A DNA stretch of 27,730 nucleotides from a virus (taxonomy: Duplodnaviria > Caudoviricetes). Under the pieces are notes generated by a model, which was not told the DNA's origin, made no database searches, and saw only the letters and a program-made list of their open reading frames with translations. The DNA lies in IMG/VR virus record IMGVR_UViG_3300020716_000034, positions 1-27,730 of that record; one strand, 5' to 3'. Positions 1 through 7,195 of the stretch are shown piece by piece; position 1 is the first letter of the stretch, and each line of letters begins with the position of its first letter. A program made the translations under genes and the position numbers.

Positions 1-354
1 ACGTAATCCTTCTTCATATTGTTTATCTCTTTGTTTACGTGACTCTTGATCAACATCAATAAAATCTAAATATTCTTGAGCTAAAGCGTTAAGAACATCC
101 TCATCAAACACTTCAGCCAAGTTCTCATAGAACTCTGGGTTTTTGCGTGGGCTTTGTTTTTCTTGGAAGTTAATAACTACCGAACCATCATCCAATTCAA
201 TGACTTCTTGTTCAGCATCTTCTGCATCAAGACCTAACGTATCAGCGTAATACTCTACTTCAGAATCTTTTTCGGCTGCATCTTGGATATCATTTTCTTT
301 GTCCAGACTAGGAAGTGCTGCACCGGCTTGAATAGGTAACTGTGGATTTGCCAT
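1..354 (-). CDS. portal protein, N-terminal part (runs off window)
   Basis: Manually translated open frame from ATG at 354: MANPQLPIQAG...FYENLAEVFDEDVLNALAQEYLDFIDVDQESRKQRDKQYEEGLR. The FxxNLAE...D.D.xSR...YxxGL pattern and the position downstream of terL fit phage portals. Not in the ORF track. Confidence 0.7.
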   Translation of the reverse strand, partial: MANPQLPIQAGAALPSLDKENDIQDAAEKDSEVEYYADTLGLDAEDAEQEVIELDDGSVVINFQEKQSPRKNPEFYENLAEVFDEDVLNALAQEYLDFIDVDQESRKQRDKQYEEGLR

Positions 355-367
355 GAATTTGTATGAA

Positions 368-664
368 TTATTTGATCATCCCAAGCTCAACGAGCTTAGG
401 TTTGAGAATAGAGAATTGCTCTGGTGTGAATGTGGCGCTTACCGAGCCATCTTTTGCAAATTTGAATTTTGGAGGTGTACGGCCATTTACCATCAATTCT
501 GCTTCCATCTGTCTTGTGGTTGGGCCACCTTCGGCAAATTTGGGGAGCATGCCAGATTCCTCAAACAAAAACTGCTTGGGGGTTTTAAGCATGCCGGGAG
601 TATCTGGGTTGATGCCAGCCTCTTCCAAAAGCTTTTGATGGGGAGTTTTAAGCAGATCGATCAT
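368..664 (-). CDS. hypothetical protein (98 aa)
   Basis: ORF between terL and portal, AGGA RBS, preceded by the phage promoter motif at 681-691. Confidence 0.75.
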   Translation of the reverse strand: MIDLLKTPHQKLLEEAGINPDTPGMLKTPKQFLFEESGMLPKFAEGGPTTRQMEAELMVNGRTPPKFKFAKDGSVSATFTPEQFSILKPKLVELGMIK

Positions 665-680
665 AATTGTGTCCTATTTA

Positions 681-712
681 TACTAATGCATAATTATGCT
701 GGTAACCGCCCT
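681..712 (-). promoter_or_regulatory. putative phage promoter (AGGGCGG-N15-TGCATTAGTA)
   Basis: Minus strand reads AGGGCGGttaccagcataattaTGCATTAGTAtaaatagg; same core as six other gene-upstream sites. Confidence 0.7.
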
Positions 713-2153
713 ATTGGGCGTATGGATTAGAAAATCTTTTACCGGCAATATCGTCAGCATAGTCATAATCACGTGCAGGGAGGAAATCAAGCTGAAGCCA
801 CCCAGAATCCCTAAGAACCCGAAGTGCTTGGGAGAGGGAATCCACATAGTCATCGTGACCTTGCATTTCTGGAAACGAGCATACCTGACGGATAAACCGT
901 TTGGCCCAAGAAGCAAACTCGCCTTTTTGTTCAGGATCTTCTGGAATAAACACTTTGCCCTTAGCAACCAGTGGGGCCACAATGTTCAAACGTTGCACTT
1001 TGTCAGCGCGCCCAGGATTGTATCCACGGACTGGCACACCAGAACCTTGGAGTTCTTGGATGAGCGAGATACCCGCCGATTTGTCTTCCATCAGTATGAG
1101 GTCTGCTTTACGGCCTTTACCAAAATCATTGTCCGCGCCATACACAACCTCTTTAAAGTCCGAAATGACTTTACGACGCAGTTCAGGATAGGCAAGGTGT
1201 TCGTCCCATGAGTCTAACAGAATAACCGCAGTGCCAGCGTCTTGTTGTTCAAACACACCCCACACCGTACAAGCAGTTGGGTCGTTCATTGTCTTTTCGC
1301 TGGTGGCCGGATCGTATGAAGCAATCACATACTCGAGCGTTGGGGTTGGTCGATTGGCCGGCCACAGACGGAACTGTTTGCGTTTGATAATACCAGCAGA
1401 CTCTGGATCTAAAATCTCGCCATAAATTTCCTGACGACCAATGTCGGTGCCATCGTACGTCTCTAACTGTTTGAAAAATGTAGCAGACAGGTTATCTTTG
1501 TTGTCGTATGAACTGGCATTAACAACATAAACGTCGCCGCCTATCTTACCTTCATTAAGGTCGACGATGAGTTCCCGAGGTTTGGGGGTTGTAGTGATAA
1601 TCTGTTGCACCCGAGGGATGCGGGGGTCTTTAAGTCGAAGGGTAAACTGAACGCCATCATAAGCGTCGTCGAGGTAATCGAAAGCGCACAGCTCGTCGAA
1701 CCAGGCTCCATGGTATTGCTTACCTCGATAACGTTCTGGCTCGGAGGCGGGGATGCCTTGGATAATGGATCCGTTAGTGAGGGTGATTTCAAAGAGAGAC
1801 TTGTTGTAGTCTCGGATGAGGCTACGTGGGATAATATTAAGGAGTCCGGAATCTCCCTCAAAACAAGTCGCTCGTATGTCGTTAGAGGTTGGGGCGGTGA
1901 CGAGCCAGCGTGTGTTGTCGTACTTCCAAGCGCGAATGCCAATCCAATGGCTAGCAGTGTGCGTTTTGCCAGATCCGCGACCGGCAAGCATAAGAAAGGT
2001 GTCGTATTCTCCATCTTCAGGTTCTTTTTGATGAGGTAGCGCCTGAAGCGCCCATTTGACTTGCCATAGAGTAGCTTCAAGTTGTTGTTTTGGCCAGTGT
2101 TTGTGCGCTTCGGCAAATTTTTTAAGGGTGAGTTCTTGTTTTGGGGTTAACAT
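711..2153 (-). CDS. terL: terminase large subunit
   Basis: Walker A AGRGSGKT, Walker B AWFDE, coupling motif ITTTP, RNase H-like nuclease residues (SYDPA, MEDKSAG, HDDYVDSLSQAL). Confidence 0.95.
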   Translation of the reverse strand: MLTPKQELTLKKFAEAHKHWPKQQLEATLWQVKWALQALPHQKEPEDGEYDTFLMLAGRGSGKTHTASHWIGIRAWKYDNTRWLVTAPTSNDIRATCFEGDSGLLNIIPRSLIRDYNKSLFEITLTNGSIIQGIPASEPERYRGKQYHGAWFDELCAFDYLDDAYDGVQFTLRLKDPRIPRVQQIITTTPKPRELIVDLNEGKIGGDVYVVNASSYDNKDNLSATFFKQLETYDGTDIGRQEIYGEILDPESAGIIKRKQFRLWPANRPTPTLEYVIASYDPATSEKTMNDPTACTVWGVFEQQDAGTAVILLDSWDEHLAYPELRRKVISDFKEVVYGADNDFGKGRKADLILMEDKSAGISLIQELQGSGVPVRGYNPGRADKVQRLNIVAPLVAKGKVFIPEDPEQKGEFASWAKRFIRQVCSFPEMQGHDDYVDSLSQALRVLRDSGWLQLDFLPARDYDYADDIAGKRFSNPYAQ

Positions 2154-3139
2154 ACTGCGATAAATCCTTCTCCGACAAGAATTGAATTATTTTCCCCGTC
2201 AGTCTCAATGTGAACGCACATACGCGGCGCAACGGGTTTAATCTGCGCAATAAATCTGCGCCCATAATGTACTTTCACTGGCGGTGAGACCTGATTGTGT
2301 ACAAGTGGGATGCGAGATTTAAAAGTAACAGTGTAATCTTTCTTCCATTTATTATACTCGATAATCGTTTTGCTGCCAAGTGACTCTACCAGACCAGCAA
2401 CTTGTAAGACAGTGCCATAATGTCCATTCGTAAACCGAAACTCATCGTACTTTGGCGAATACTGGCGCGATTTGGCGTGCAATATGCCACGCAGCAACTC
2501 AATTCGCTGCTCGACGGACGCAAGCAGATAGTTTTCCGGAATTTTGGTCGGGACATTGGGGATTAACTGGCTGTGAATCGTGGGGCTAACGGAAAACGCG
2601 CGATTTTTGGTACGCAGTATCTCGTGATTGCGCACTTTGTAACCATGGTCTTTGAATTGTTCGCGCACAAATTCCTCTTTGTCCATGGGAGCAGCAAGTT
2701 TTCCGGTGGATTGCCGGGCAAAAAACCAAAATCCGAATAGGAAAGGCGGGATTGGGAGCGTCTGGTGTGGGAATTGGAGCGGGTGCGCTGTCGGAATGGA
2801 GTACAACGACCGGTTAAATCCATTTCGTAGCGGCGTTTCTAGCAGATCATCGGTCGTGTAATACTTTAACGGCCGTCTGAATTTGCGTTTGCCCTTGTAA
2901 GCTAAGAGGCGCTCACGATATTTCTTTGTTTCCAATAGGAAACCAAGCTTGCTGTCGCCCGTTACCGATAGGTGGTCGTTCAGAATCACCTCGTAGCAGG
3001 TCTCTGAGTAGTATTGCTGCACCAGTTTTACTTTTACCAGCTTGCCAGTGTTGTCAAACAGGTAGTCGCCTTGGATTATTTTGCTAGCGGGTTTCCAATA
3101 ATCAAGGGTTAGTACTTTTTCGTTTGCTGATATCGCCAT
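2147..3139 (-). CDS. free-standing intein-like protein (Hint + LAGLIDADG fold), catalytically degenerate
   Basis: N-terminus AISANEKVLTLDYWKPASKIIQGDYLFDNTGK resembles intein block A; IPPFLFGFWF and ELLRGILHAKS sit at the two LAGLIDADG positions; C-terminus RFIAQIKPVAPRMCVHIETD..ILVGEGFIAVC resembles blocks F/G but lacks the terminal HN. Confidence 0.75.
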   Translation of the reverse strand: MAISANEKVLTLDYWKPASKIIQGDYLFDNTGKLVKVKLVQQYYSETCYEVILNDHLSVTGDSKLGFLLETKKYRERLLAYKGKRKFRRPLKYYTTDDLLETPLRNGFNRSLYSIPTAHPLQFPHQTLPIPPFLFGFWFFARQSTGKLAAPMDKEEFVREQFKDHGYKVRNHEILRTKNRAFSVSPTIHSQLIPNVPTKIPENYLLASVEQRIELLRGILHAKSRQYSPKYDEFRFTNGHYGTVLQVAGLVESLGSKTIIEYNKWKKDYTVTFKSRIPLVHNQVSPPVKVHYGRRFIAQIKPVAPRMCVHIETDGENNSILVGEGFIAVC

Positions 3140-3410
3140 AAAAATTTTCTAAGACCCAACGGTCTAACCAAAGCCCAAGCGGGGCGCGAATTCTATTTTG
3201 AATCACGACGGGCAGCTTTTGGATATCCAGATTGGCCGTTGTCACTTTAAGCCGGAACTCAATGTACTTGGCTGTTTCTTTATCCAATATTTCTACTGGC
3301 ACATCGACAGAATCAAAATTGTACAAGTCACAAACCAAAACCCGAAGACCGGTGAGTCTTCCAGCTGTATTTTCCAATGCGCCTTGGATTTGGTAAACAT
3401 ACTTGTTCAT
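3102..3410 (-). CDS. hypothetical protein (102 aa), first gene of packaging operon
   Basis: ORF overlaps the start of the next gene; its ATG follows the promoter motif almost immediately. Confidence 0.7.
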   Translation of the reverse strand: MNKYVYQIQGALENTAGRLTGLRVLVCDLYNFDSVDVPVEILDKETAKYIEFRLKVTTANLDIQKLPVVIQNRIRAPLGLWLDRWVLENFYGDISKRKSTNP

Positions 3411-3416
3411 ATACCA

Positions 3417-3427
3417 ACTAATGCAAA
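3417..3427 (-). promoter_or_regulatory. putative phage promoter TTTGCATTAGT, probably leaderless transcript
   Basis: Minus strand TTTGCATTAGTtggtatATG; ATG 6 nt after the core with no room for an SD. Confidence 0.7.
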
Positions 3428-3462
3428 GAAATCCACGTTTGTGACGTTGTTTTAAAAATAAA

Positions 3463-3660
3463 TGCGGTGAAGACGGGGTTGTCGATGTATTTTCAACTCC
3501 ATTTGAGAATATTAAATTTATTTTTATTTATTTTTAAAATAAGTTAAATAAACATCGGATACACCGGATACCCCGCAGTGCCTTGATTTCATTGAAGAAA
3601 ATTTACAAAAATTGTGCGGGGTTGACGGGGAAGACGATGAAGACGGGGAAGACGACGTTT
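3463..3660. repeat. origin-like iteron element, copy 1
   Basis: 9-bp-period CG repeats (GCGGGGTTG ACGGGGAAG ACGATGAAG ACGGGGAAG) and inverted arrays flanking an AT-rich core. 3545-3585 (41 bp) and 3614-3639 (26 bp) are identical to 10621-10661 and 10690-10715. Confidence 0.75.
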
Positions 3661-3663
3661 GTT

Positions 3664-3672
3664 TGTGGATAA
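3664..3672 (-). promoter_or_regulatory. DnaA box
   Basis: TGTGGATAA is the exact reverse complement of the consensus TTATCCACA, next to the iteron element. Confidence 0.6.
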
Positions 3673-3844
3673 CTCAGGTTTTGATGTTGTAAAAAAGAGA
3701 CACTTTTGTAGCAAAAAATTATAAAAAAAAATTTACAAACTTGCGTTTTGACCGGGTCCCCGGCCCGGGGGGAGGGGGTCTCCTTTTAAGGGGTATCGAC
3801 TTTAAAACAAACCCCCTCAATGCCTGCCCGAAAGCATGCTTATA

Positions 3845-3879
3845 TACCGCATTGCGAGATTACATTCCGCATTATGAAA
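3845..3879. promoter_or_regulatory. two IclR-family-like 15-bp palindromes
   Basis: TACCGCATTGCGAGA and TTCCGCATTATGAAA; related TTTCACAATGTGAAA at 10739-10753 and TCTCACATTGTGAAA at 23940-23954. Family assignment is tentative. Confidence 0.4.
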
Positions 3880-3893
3880 CAATACAGCGATGC

Positions 3894-4086
3894 GTTAGTG
3901 AGCGCTCACACACTTAGGCTATGCACCACAATGGTGCACTGCGTTGCAGCGCAGCATGATAGTGAGTACTTACTGACGATGCACCAGGTTGGTGCACTAC
4001 ATTGCGGCGCAGCATAGCAGTATGCCAATGCACCAGTATGGTGCACAGGATGGGGGCTAGCATTATGTTAGTGAGCGCATACTAAC
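3894..4086. repeat. three 20-bp imperfect palindromes approximating GTTAGTGAGCGCTCACTAAC
   Basis: 3894-3913 GTTAGTGAGCGCTCACACAC, 3958-3977 GATAGTGAGTACTTACTGAC, 4067-4086 GTTAGTGAGCGCATACTAAC. Confidence 0.75.
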
Positions 4087-4137
4087 ATAGAGGCAGGGCA
4101 GCAGGCTGGCGGTTAAGCAATGCACCAATATGGTGCA
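3922..4137. promoter_or_regulatory. four perfect NtrC-consensus sites TGCACCA-N3-TGGTGCA
   Basis: Copies at 3922-3938, 3980-3996, 4029-4045 and 4121-4137; only the 3-nt spacer varies (CAA, GGT, GTA, ATA). Confidence 0.8.
3945..4014. promoter_or_regulatory. two PhaR-like boxes (TGCRNYGCASMA)
   Basis: TGCAGCGCAGCA at 3945-3956 and TGCGGCGCAGCA at 4003-4014, each 6 nt after an NtrC box; a partial third copy lies near 4215. Confidence 0.5.
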
Positions 4138-4229
4138 TGAGCTGGTCGCGGCAATATGGCGGGACGCGTACGCGATGAGGCGGCATTGAGGGTGGGCGGA
4201 ATACTGTTAGATTGTGCAGCGCGGGATAT

Positions 4230-4255
4230 ACCACAAGATCCCACAATCTCCCACT
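4230..4255 (-). promoter_or_regulatory. MraZ-like direct repeats
   Basis: Minus strand GTGGGagattGTGGGatcttGTGGT: three GTGG cores at exact 10-bp period (CCAC at 4231, 4241, 4251). Confidence 0.55.
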
Positions 4256-4337
4256 AAGGGTAAACCCTATTAGGGTTTAAAGTTTGAAAACCTAGGGTTT
4301 TCCCTAATATACATAGCGTATAGATAGCCGTTATATT
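4256..4337 (+). promoter_or_regulatory. putative early promoter with AGGG-W4-CCCT palindromes
   Basis: AGGGTAAACCCT (4257-4268) and AGGGTTTTCCCT (4294-4305), then a -10-like TATATT (4332-4337); similar layout at 5239-5280. Confidence 0.5.
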
Positions 4338-4386
4338 GTGTATATGGCAGCAATTAAGCAGCCATTACATAAGAGGATCTAACATT

Positions 4387-5040
4387 ATGAATACTATCAA
4401 ACTATCGAAGACAAGCAAACTAGACGGCATTATGTCATGGAGCTTGCAAGCATTAGACACTTGTCCAGGCAGCAAGGCCGAAGGCGGCGGCCTAGTGCCA
4501 GCATGTCAAGGCTGCTATGCCACAACAGGGAATTATAGATTTAAGAATGTCAAAGCGCCGCGCGAATTCAATCGCAAAGATTGGCAGCGCGCCGAATGGG
4601 TTCGCGATATGGTTCAGGCGCTGGATTCGTCCCGTTACTTTCGTTGGCTAGATTCAGGCGATCTATATAGTGTAGATCTCGCTCGCAAGGTTTACGAAGT
4701 AATGGCCGCGACACCATGGGTTAAGCATTGGTTACCTACTAGAATGTATAAGTTTGCCAAGTTTGCCGATGTATTGGCGGCAATGGAGGCGCTGCCCAAT
4801 GTAGTAGTAAGGCGCTCTAGTGATTCAGTAAGCGGCGAGATTGTAAGCGGCGCGCACTCATCAACCATTATAAGCAGCGCGGAGCAGCTGCCAAGCGGCG
4901 CGACATTGTGCCGCGCGTATGAGCATGGCGGCACTTGTAACGGCTGCCGCGCATGCTATGACAAGGCCGCGCCAATTATTGCTTATATGGCGCATGGCAA
5001 AAGCATGGCCAAGGTAATACGTATCATGGCGGCGGCTTAA
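4387..5040 (+). CDS. Gp88-like protein (Cys-rich, putative Fe-S/radical-SAM-related)
   Basis: LSKTSK..SWSL..TCPG..CQGCYA..GNY, FRWLDSGD, HWLPTR and C-terminal CxxCRAC. ATG 4387 with AGAGGA RBS is preferred over the track start 4336. Confidence 0.75.
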   Translation: MNTIKLSKTSKLDGIMSWSLQALDTCPGSKAEGGGLVPACQGCYATTGNYRFKNVKAPREFNRKDWQRAEWVRDMVQALDSSRYFRWLDSGDLYSVDLARKVYEVMAATPWVKHWLPTRMYKFAKFADVLAAMEALPNVVVRRSSDSVSGEIVSGAHSSTIISSAEQLPSGATLCRAYEHGGTCNGCRACYDKAAPIIAYMAHGKSMAKVIRIMAAA

Positions 5041-5042
5041 TC

Positions 5043-5198
5043 ATGGAGGCGCGTTATATTTTTGTGGTCTTTTACCGGCACCATGGCGAAGATTACAGCG
5101 CCGTATTTCAGGGCATGCGCAAGGCGAAGGCCTTCGCGCGTGTCACCGGCGGCAGAGTAGAAGCACAATTGTCCAATGTATTTAATAGGGAGGTTTAA
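5043..5198 (+). CDS. hypothetical protein (51 aa)
   Basis: Manually read ORF MEARYIFVVFYRHHGEDY...; starts 2 nt after the gp88-like stop. Confidence 0.5.
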   Translation: MEARYIFVVFYRHHGEDYSAVFQGMRKAKAFARVTGGRVEAQLSNVFNREV

Positions 5199-5237
5199 TC
5201 ATGCTTAGAATTATGTACTCTTATGTTGTGGATCTAT

Positions 5238-5280
5238 TAGGGTATATCCTAATATCATTTATTTGGTGCGGCGTTATTCT
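5238..5280 (+). promoter_or_regulatory. second putative early promoter
   Basis: TAGGGTATATCCTAAT followed by CGTTATTCT, paralleling TAGGGTTTTCCCTAAT...CGTTATATT at 4293-4337. Confidence 0.45.
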
Positions 5281-5313
5281 TGCACTATTCGATTGTTTAT
5301 AAGGGGTTTGATT

Positions 5314-5478
5314 ATGAGAAATTATAGAGTAGTGACTAGGCAATATACTTATTTAGTGGCTAATGTTATGGCTAATAGTAAAGAAGAGGCCGGCAAAATC
5401 GCCTTAGAATCTGATGCTTTAGACTGGGATTGGTGCGATTATGGCGATTCAGAAATTGAGTTAGTAGAGGAGGATTAA
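5314..5478 (+). CDS. small acidic hypothetical protein (54 aa)
   Basis: ATG 5314 after AAGGGG; in frame with track ORF 5263..5478. Confidence 0.7.
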   Translation: MRNYRVVTRQYTYLVANVMANSKEEAGKIALESDALDWDWCDYGDSEIELVEED

Positions 5479-5480
5479 TT

Positions 5481-5624
5481 ATGTACTACTGCAATGAATT
5501 TTGGTTTGATACATACGAAGAGGCGCGCGAATACGCCAATTTTCTAACGCGTCACGCCGGCATATATCGCGCTATTTTTACCCGCGCTGAAATGATCGCG
5601 CATAATATGGAGGCATTATCATGA
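5481..5624 (+). CDS. hypothetical protein (47 aa)
   Basis: GAGGAGG RBS; MYYCNEFWFDTYEEAREYA...; ATGA overlap with the next gene. Confidence 0.7.
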   Translation: MYYCNEFWFDTYEEAREYANFLTRHAGIYRAIFTRAEMIAHNMEALS

Positions 5625-5875
5625 GATCAATCCAATCACTAGCCGCGCAAGCCGGTAGAGAAGCCCGCGCCAATGGTTTACCATGCGATCCCAATGGCGG
5701 CACGTATCGCACCCGTACAGATGACGAGCAAGCCCAATATGAGAGCGATCAAGCATGGTGGGCTCGTCAATCTATTATTAAGTGTTACGGCTCAATGGAT
5801 AATTATTGCCGCATTTTGCGCCGCCAGCATGGCGTACACGATCACCCAGTAAAACCACAGGAGCATACAAAATGA
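5621..5875 (+). CDS. hypothetical protein (84 aa)
   Basis: GGAGG RBS; coupled overlaps at both ends. Confidence 0.7.
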   Translation: MRSIQSLAAQAGREARANGLPCDPNGGTYRTRTDDEQAQYESDQAWWARQSIIKCYGSMDNYCRILRRQHGVHDHPVKPQEHTK

Positions 5876-6177
5876 TTGATTTAAACGATATTGAGATTAT
5901 TGAAGGCGATACAACGGCCACAACCCAGCAATACTATGAATCCATTCAGAAGGCCATCAACACCGGCTTATGGGGTTTACAGGGCTCTTATGGCCGCACA
6001 ATGATGGCGGCTATTAACGATGGCTATTGTATGCTAGGCCGCAATGAAGCGCACGACTACTACGGCAACCATATACCAAGCCGCGACCAAGTGCAAGCCG
6101 GTACAAAGGGATCATTTGATTATGTCGCGGCAGAGTGCGGCGAAGGATGGGCACAACATATGAGCGAGGTGAAATAA
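5872..6177 (+). CDS. hypothetical protein (101 aa)
   Basis: AGGAG RBS before ATG 5872; contains W.LQGSYGR motif familiar from phage early proteins. Confidence 0.75.
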   Translation: MIDLNDIEIIEGDTTATTQQYYESIQKAINTGLWGLQGSYGRTMMAAINDGYCMLGRNEAHDYYGNHIPSRDQVQAGTKGSFDYVAAECGEGWAQHMSEVK

Positions 6178-6353
6178 TGAATGTAGATAAAATTAAAGCA
6201 ATGGTATCGGATCTTAATTACCAGTATTCTAATTTAGTAGAAGCCTCGGTACAAGAGGCAATAGATGGGCAACCCGATGCCGAATGCGACACCATGTTTG
6301 CAGAGATTCAAACCTTAGTTAAATTGATATACAAAGAATTGGAGGAGGTATGA
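6177..6353 (+). CDS. hypothetical protein (58 aa)
   Basis: GAGGTG RBS, TAATG overlap. Confidence 0.7.
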   Translation: MNVDKIKAMVSDLNYQYSNLVEASVQEAIDGQPDAECDTMFAEIQTLVKLIYKELEEV

Positions 6354-6601
6354 TGGACAAACTAGAGCAAGCCTATACCATGGATTTATTGGCGCGTCTT
6401 ACTGAATCGATCGAGACATACCTAGACGATGATCGCTGGGATGGCATAGACGCGATGCACAAGGAGATTAAAGAAGCCAATAAGCTAGTACGCAAATACT
6501 ATAAACGTATGCGTGCACAACAGGCAGCAGAAGAGCAAGACGCGAAGCAGACTGAATGGTTACGAAAGGCCAATGCAGCAATTAGAGAAGGGAGCGTATG
6601 A
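6350..6601 (+). CDS. hypothetical coiled-coil protein (83 aa)
   Basis: GGAGG RBS, ATGA overlap. Confidence 0.7.
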   Translation: MMDKLEQAYTMDLLARLTESIETYLDDDRWDGIDAMHKEIKEANKLVRKYYKRMRAQQAAEEQDAKQTEWLRKANAAIREGSV

Positions 6602-6741
6602 TGACTAGATATACCATCACCATGGAGATTACAGTCGCGGACACAGACGCGCCGCCGAGCGACTGGATGCCAGTATCAATTGAGGCATTGATGGAAGACG
6701 GCGAGACAATCGACTATTTTGTATGTGAGGAGATTAAATAA
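6601..6741 (+). CDS. small acidic hypothetical protein (46 aa)
   Basis: Manually read MTRYTITMEITVADTDAPPSDW...; GGGAG RBS; fills the gap exactly. Confidence 0.65.
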   Translation: MTRYTITMEITVADTDAPPSDWMPVSIEALMEDGETIDYFVCEEIK

Positions 6742-6962
6742 TGAGATACGAAGTGCAACAAGCTACTATATGCGACGGATGGACAAATACTTGGCATGAG
6801 TACGACGATGACAACAACGAAGTACCAATGACCTTCGATACATTCGAGGAGGCTCTATTGGAGCTAGACGAGTACTTGTACGACATTGAGAAAGCATACA
6901 ACATGGGAGATATTGATTCACCTGAAGACCGCGACAATTTTAGAATTGTAGAGGTGAAATAA
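6741..6962 (+). CDS. very acidic hypothetical protein (73 aa)
   Basis: GAGGAG RBS; about 21 D/E versus 5 K/R. Confidence 0.75.
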   Translation: MRYEVQQATICDGWTNTWHEYDDDNNEVPMTFDTFEEALLELDEYLYDIEKAYNMGDIDSPEDRDNFRIVEVK

Positions 6963-7195
6963 TGAAGCGAGAATATACTGTAAATTTATTGGTGCGTCGT
7001 TCTGATTCAATTGAACCATGCCAAAAATGCAGCCTCCAATACCAATGCGATGCGAATCGCTTAGCATGTACTCAGTTTAGATTTTTTGTAAACACTGGCC
7101 GCATGCCAGTCGATAGTGCGCGATATCCAACACGCGAGATTTATATGGATGTATTTCACAATGAACCAGCAATGACAAGGAGAGCAACATCATGA
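6962..7195 (+). CDS. Cys-rich hypothetical protein (77 aa)
   Basis: PCQKC..C..LAC..F pattern suggests a metal ligand; GAGGTG RBS. Confidence 0.7.
   Translation: MKREYTVNLLVRRSDSIEPCQKCSLQYQCDANRLACTQFRFFVNTGRMPVDSARYPTREIYMDVFHNEPAMTRRATS

Noticed and set aside
353-2861. Plus-strand and alternate-frame ORFs over the packaging operon (e.g. 696..1211, 1605..2039, 1541..2116)
   Set aside because: Shadow frames of terL and neighbours with no motifs or RBS.
2147-3139. Functional intein within TerL
   Set aside because: Separate reading frame with its own stop, no exteins, and no terminal Asn/His.
3898-3910. Resemblance to the ideal lac operator core GTGAGCGCTCACA (vector contamination or LacI site)
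   Set aside because: AATT flanks are absent and the two sibling copies diverge from lacO while keeping GTTAGT..ACTAAC-type arms, so it is treated as an unassigned operator.
3820-4017. 65-aa ORF in the operator array
   Set aside because: No RBS; translation merely reflects the DNA palindromes.
3922-4137. Possible mini-CRISPR array
   Set aside because: Repeats are only 17 bp with variable centres, spacing is irregular (58, 49, 92 bp) and the spacers contain other repeated motifs. The Cas4-like gene is a normal phage replication-module gene.
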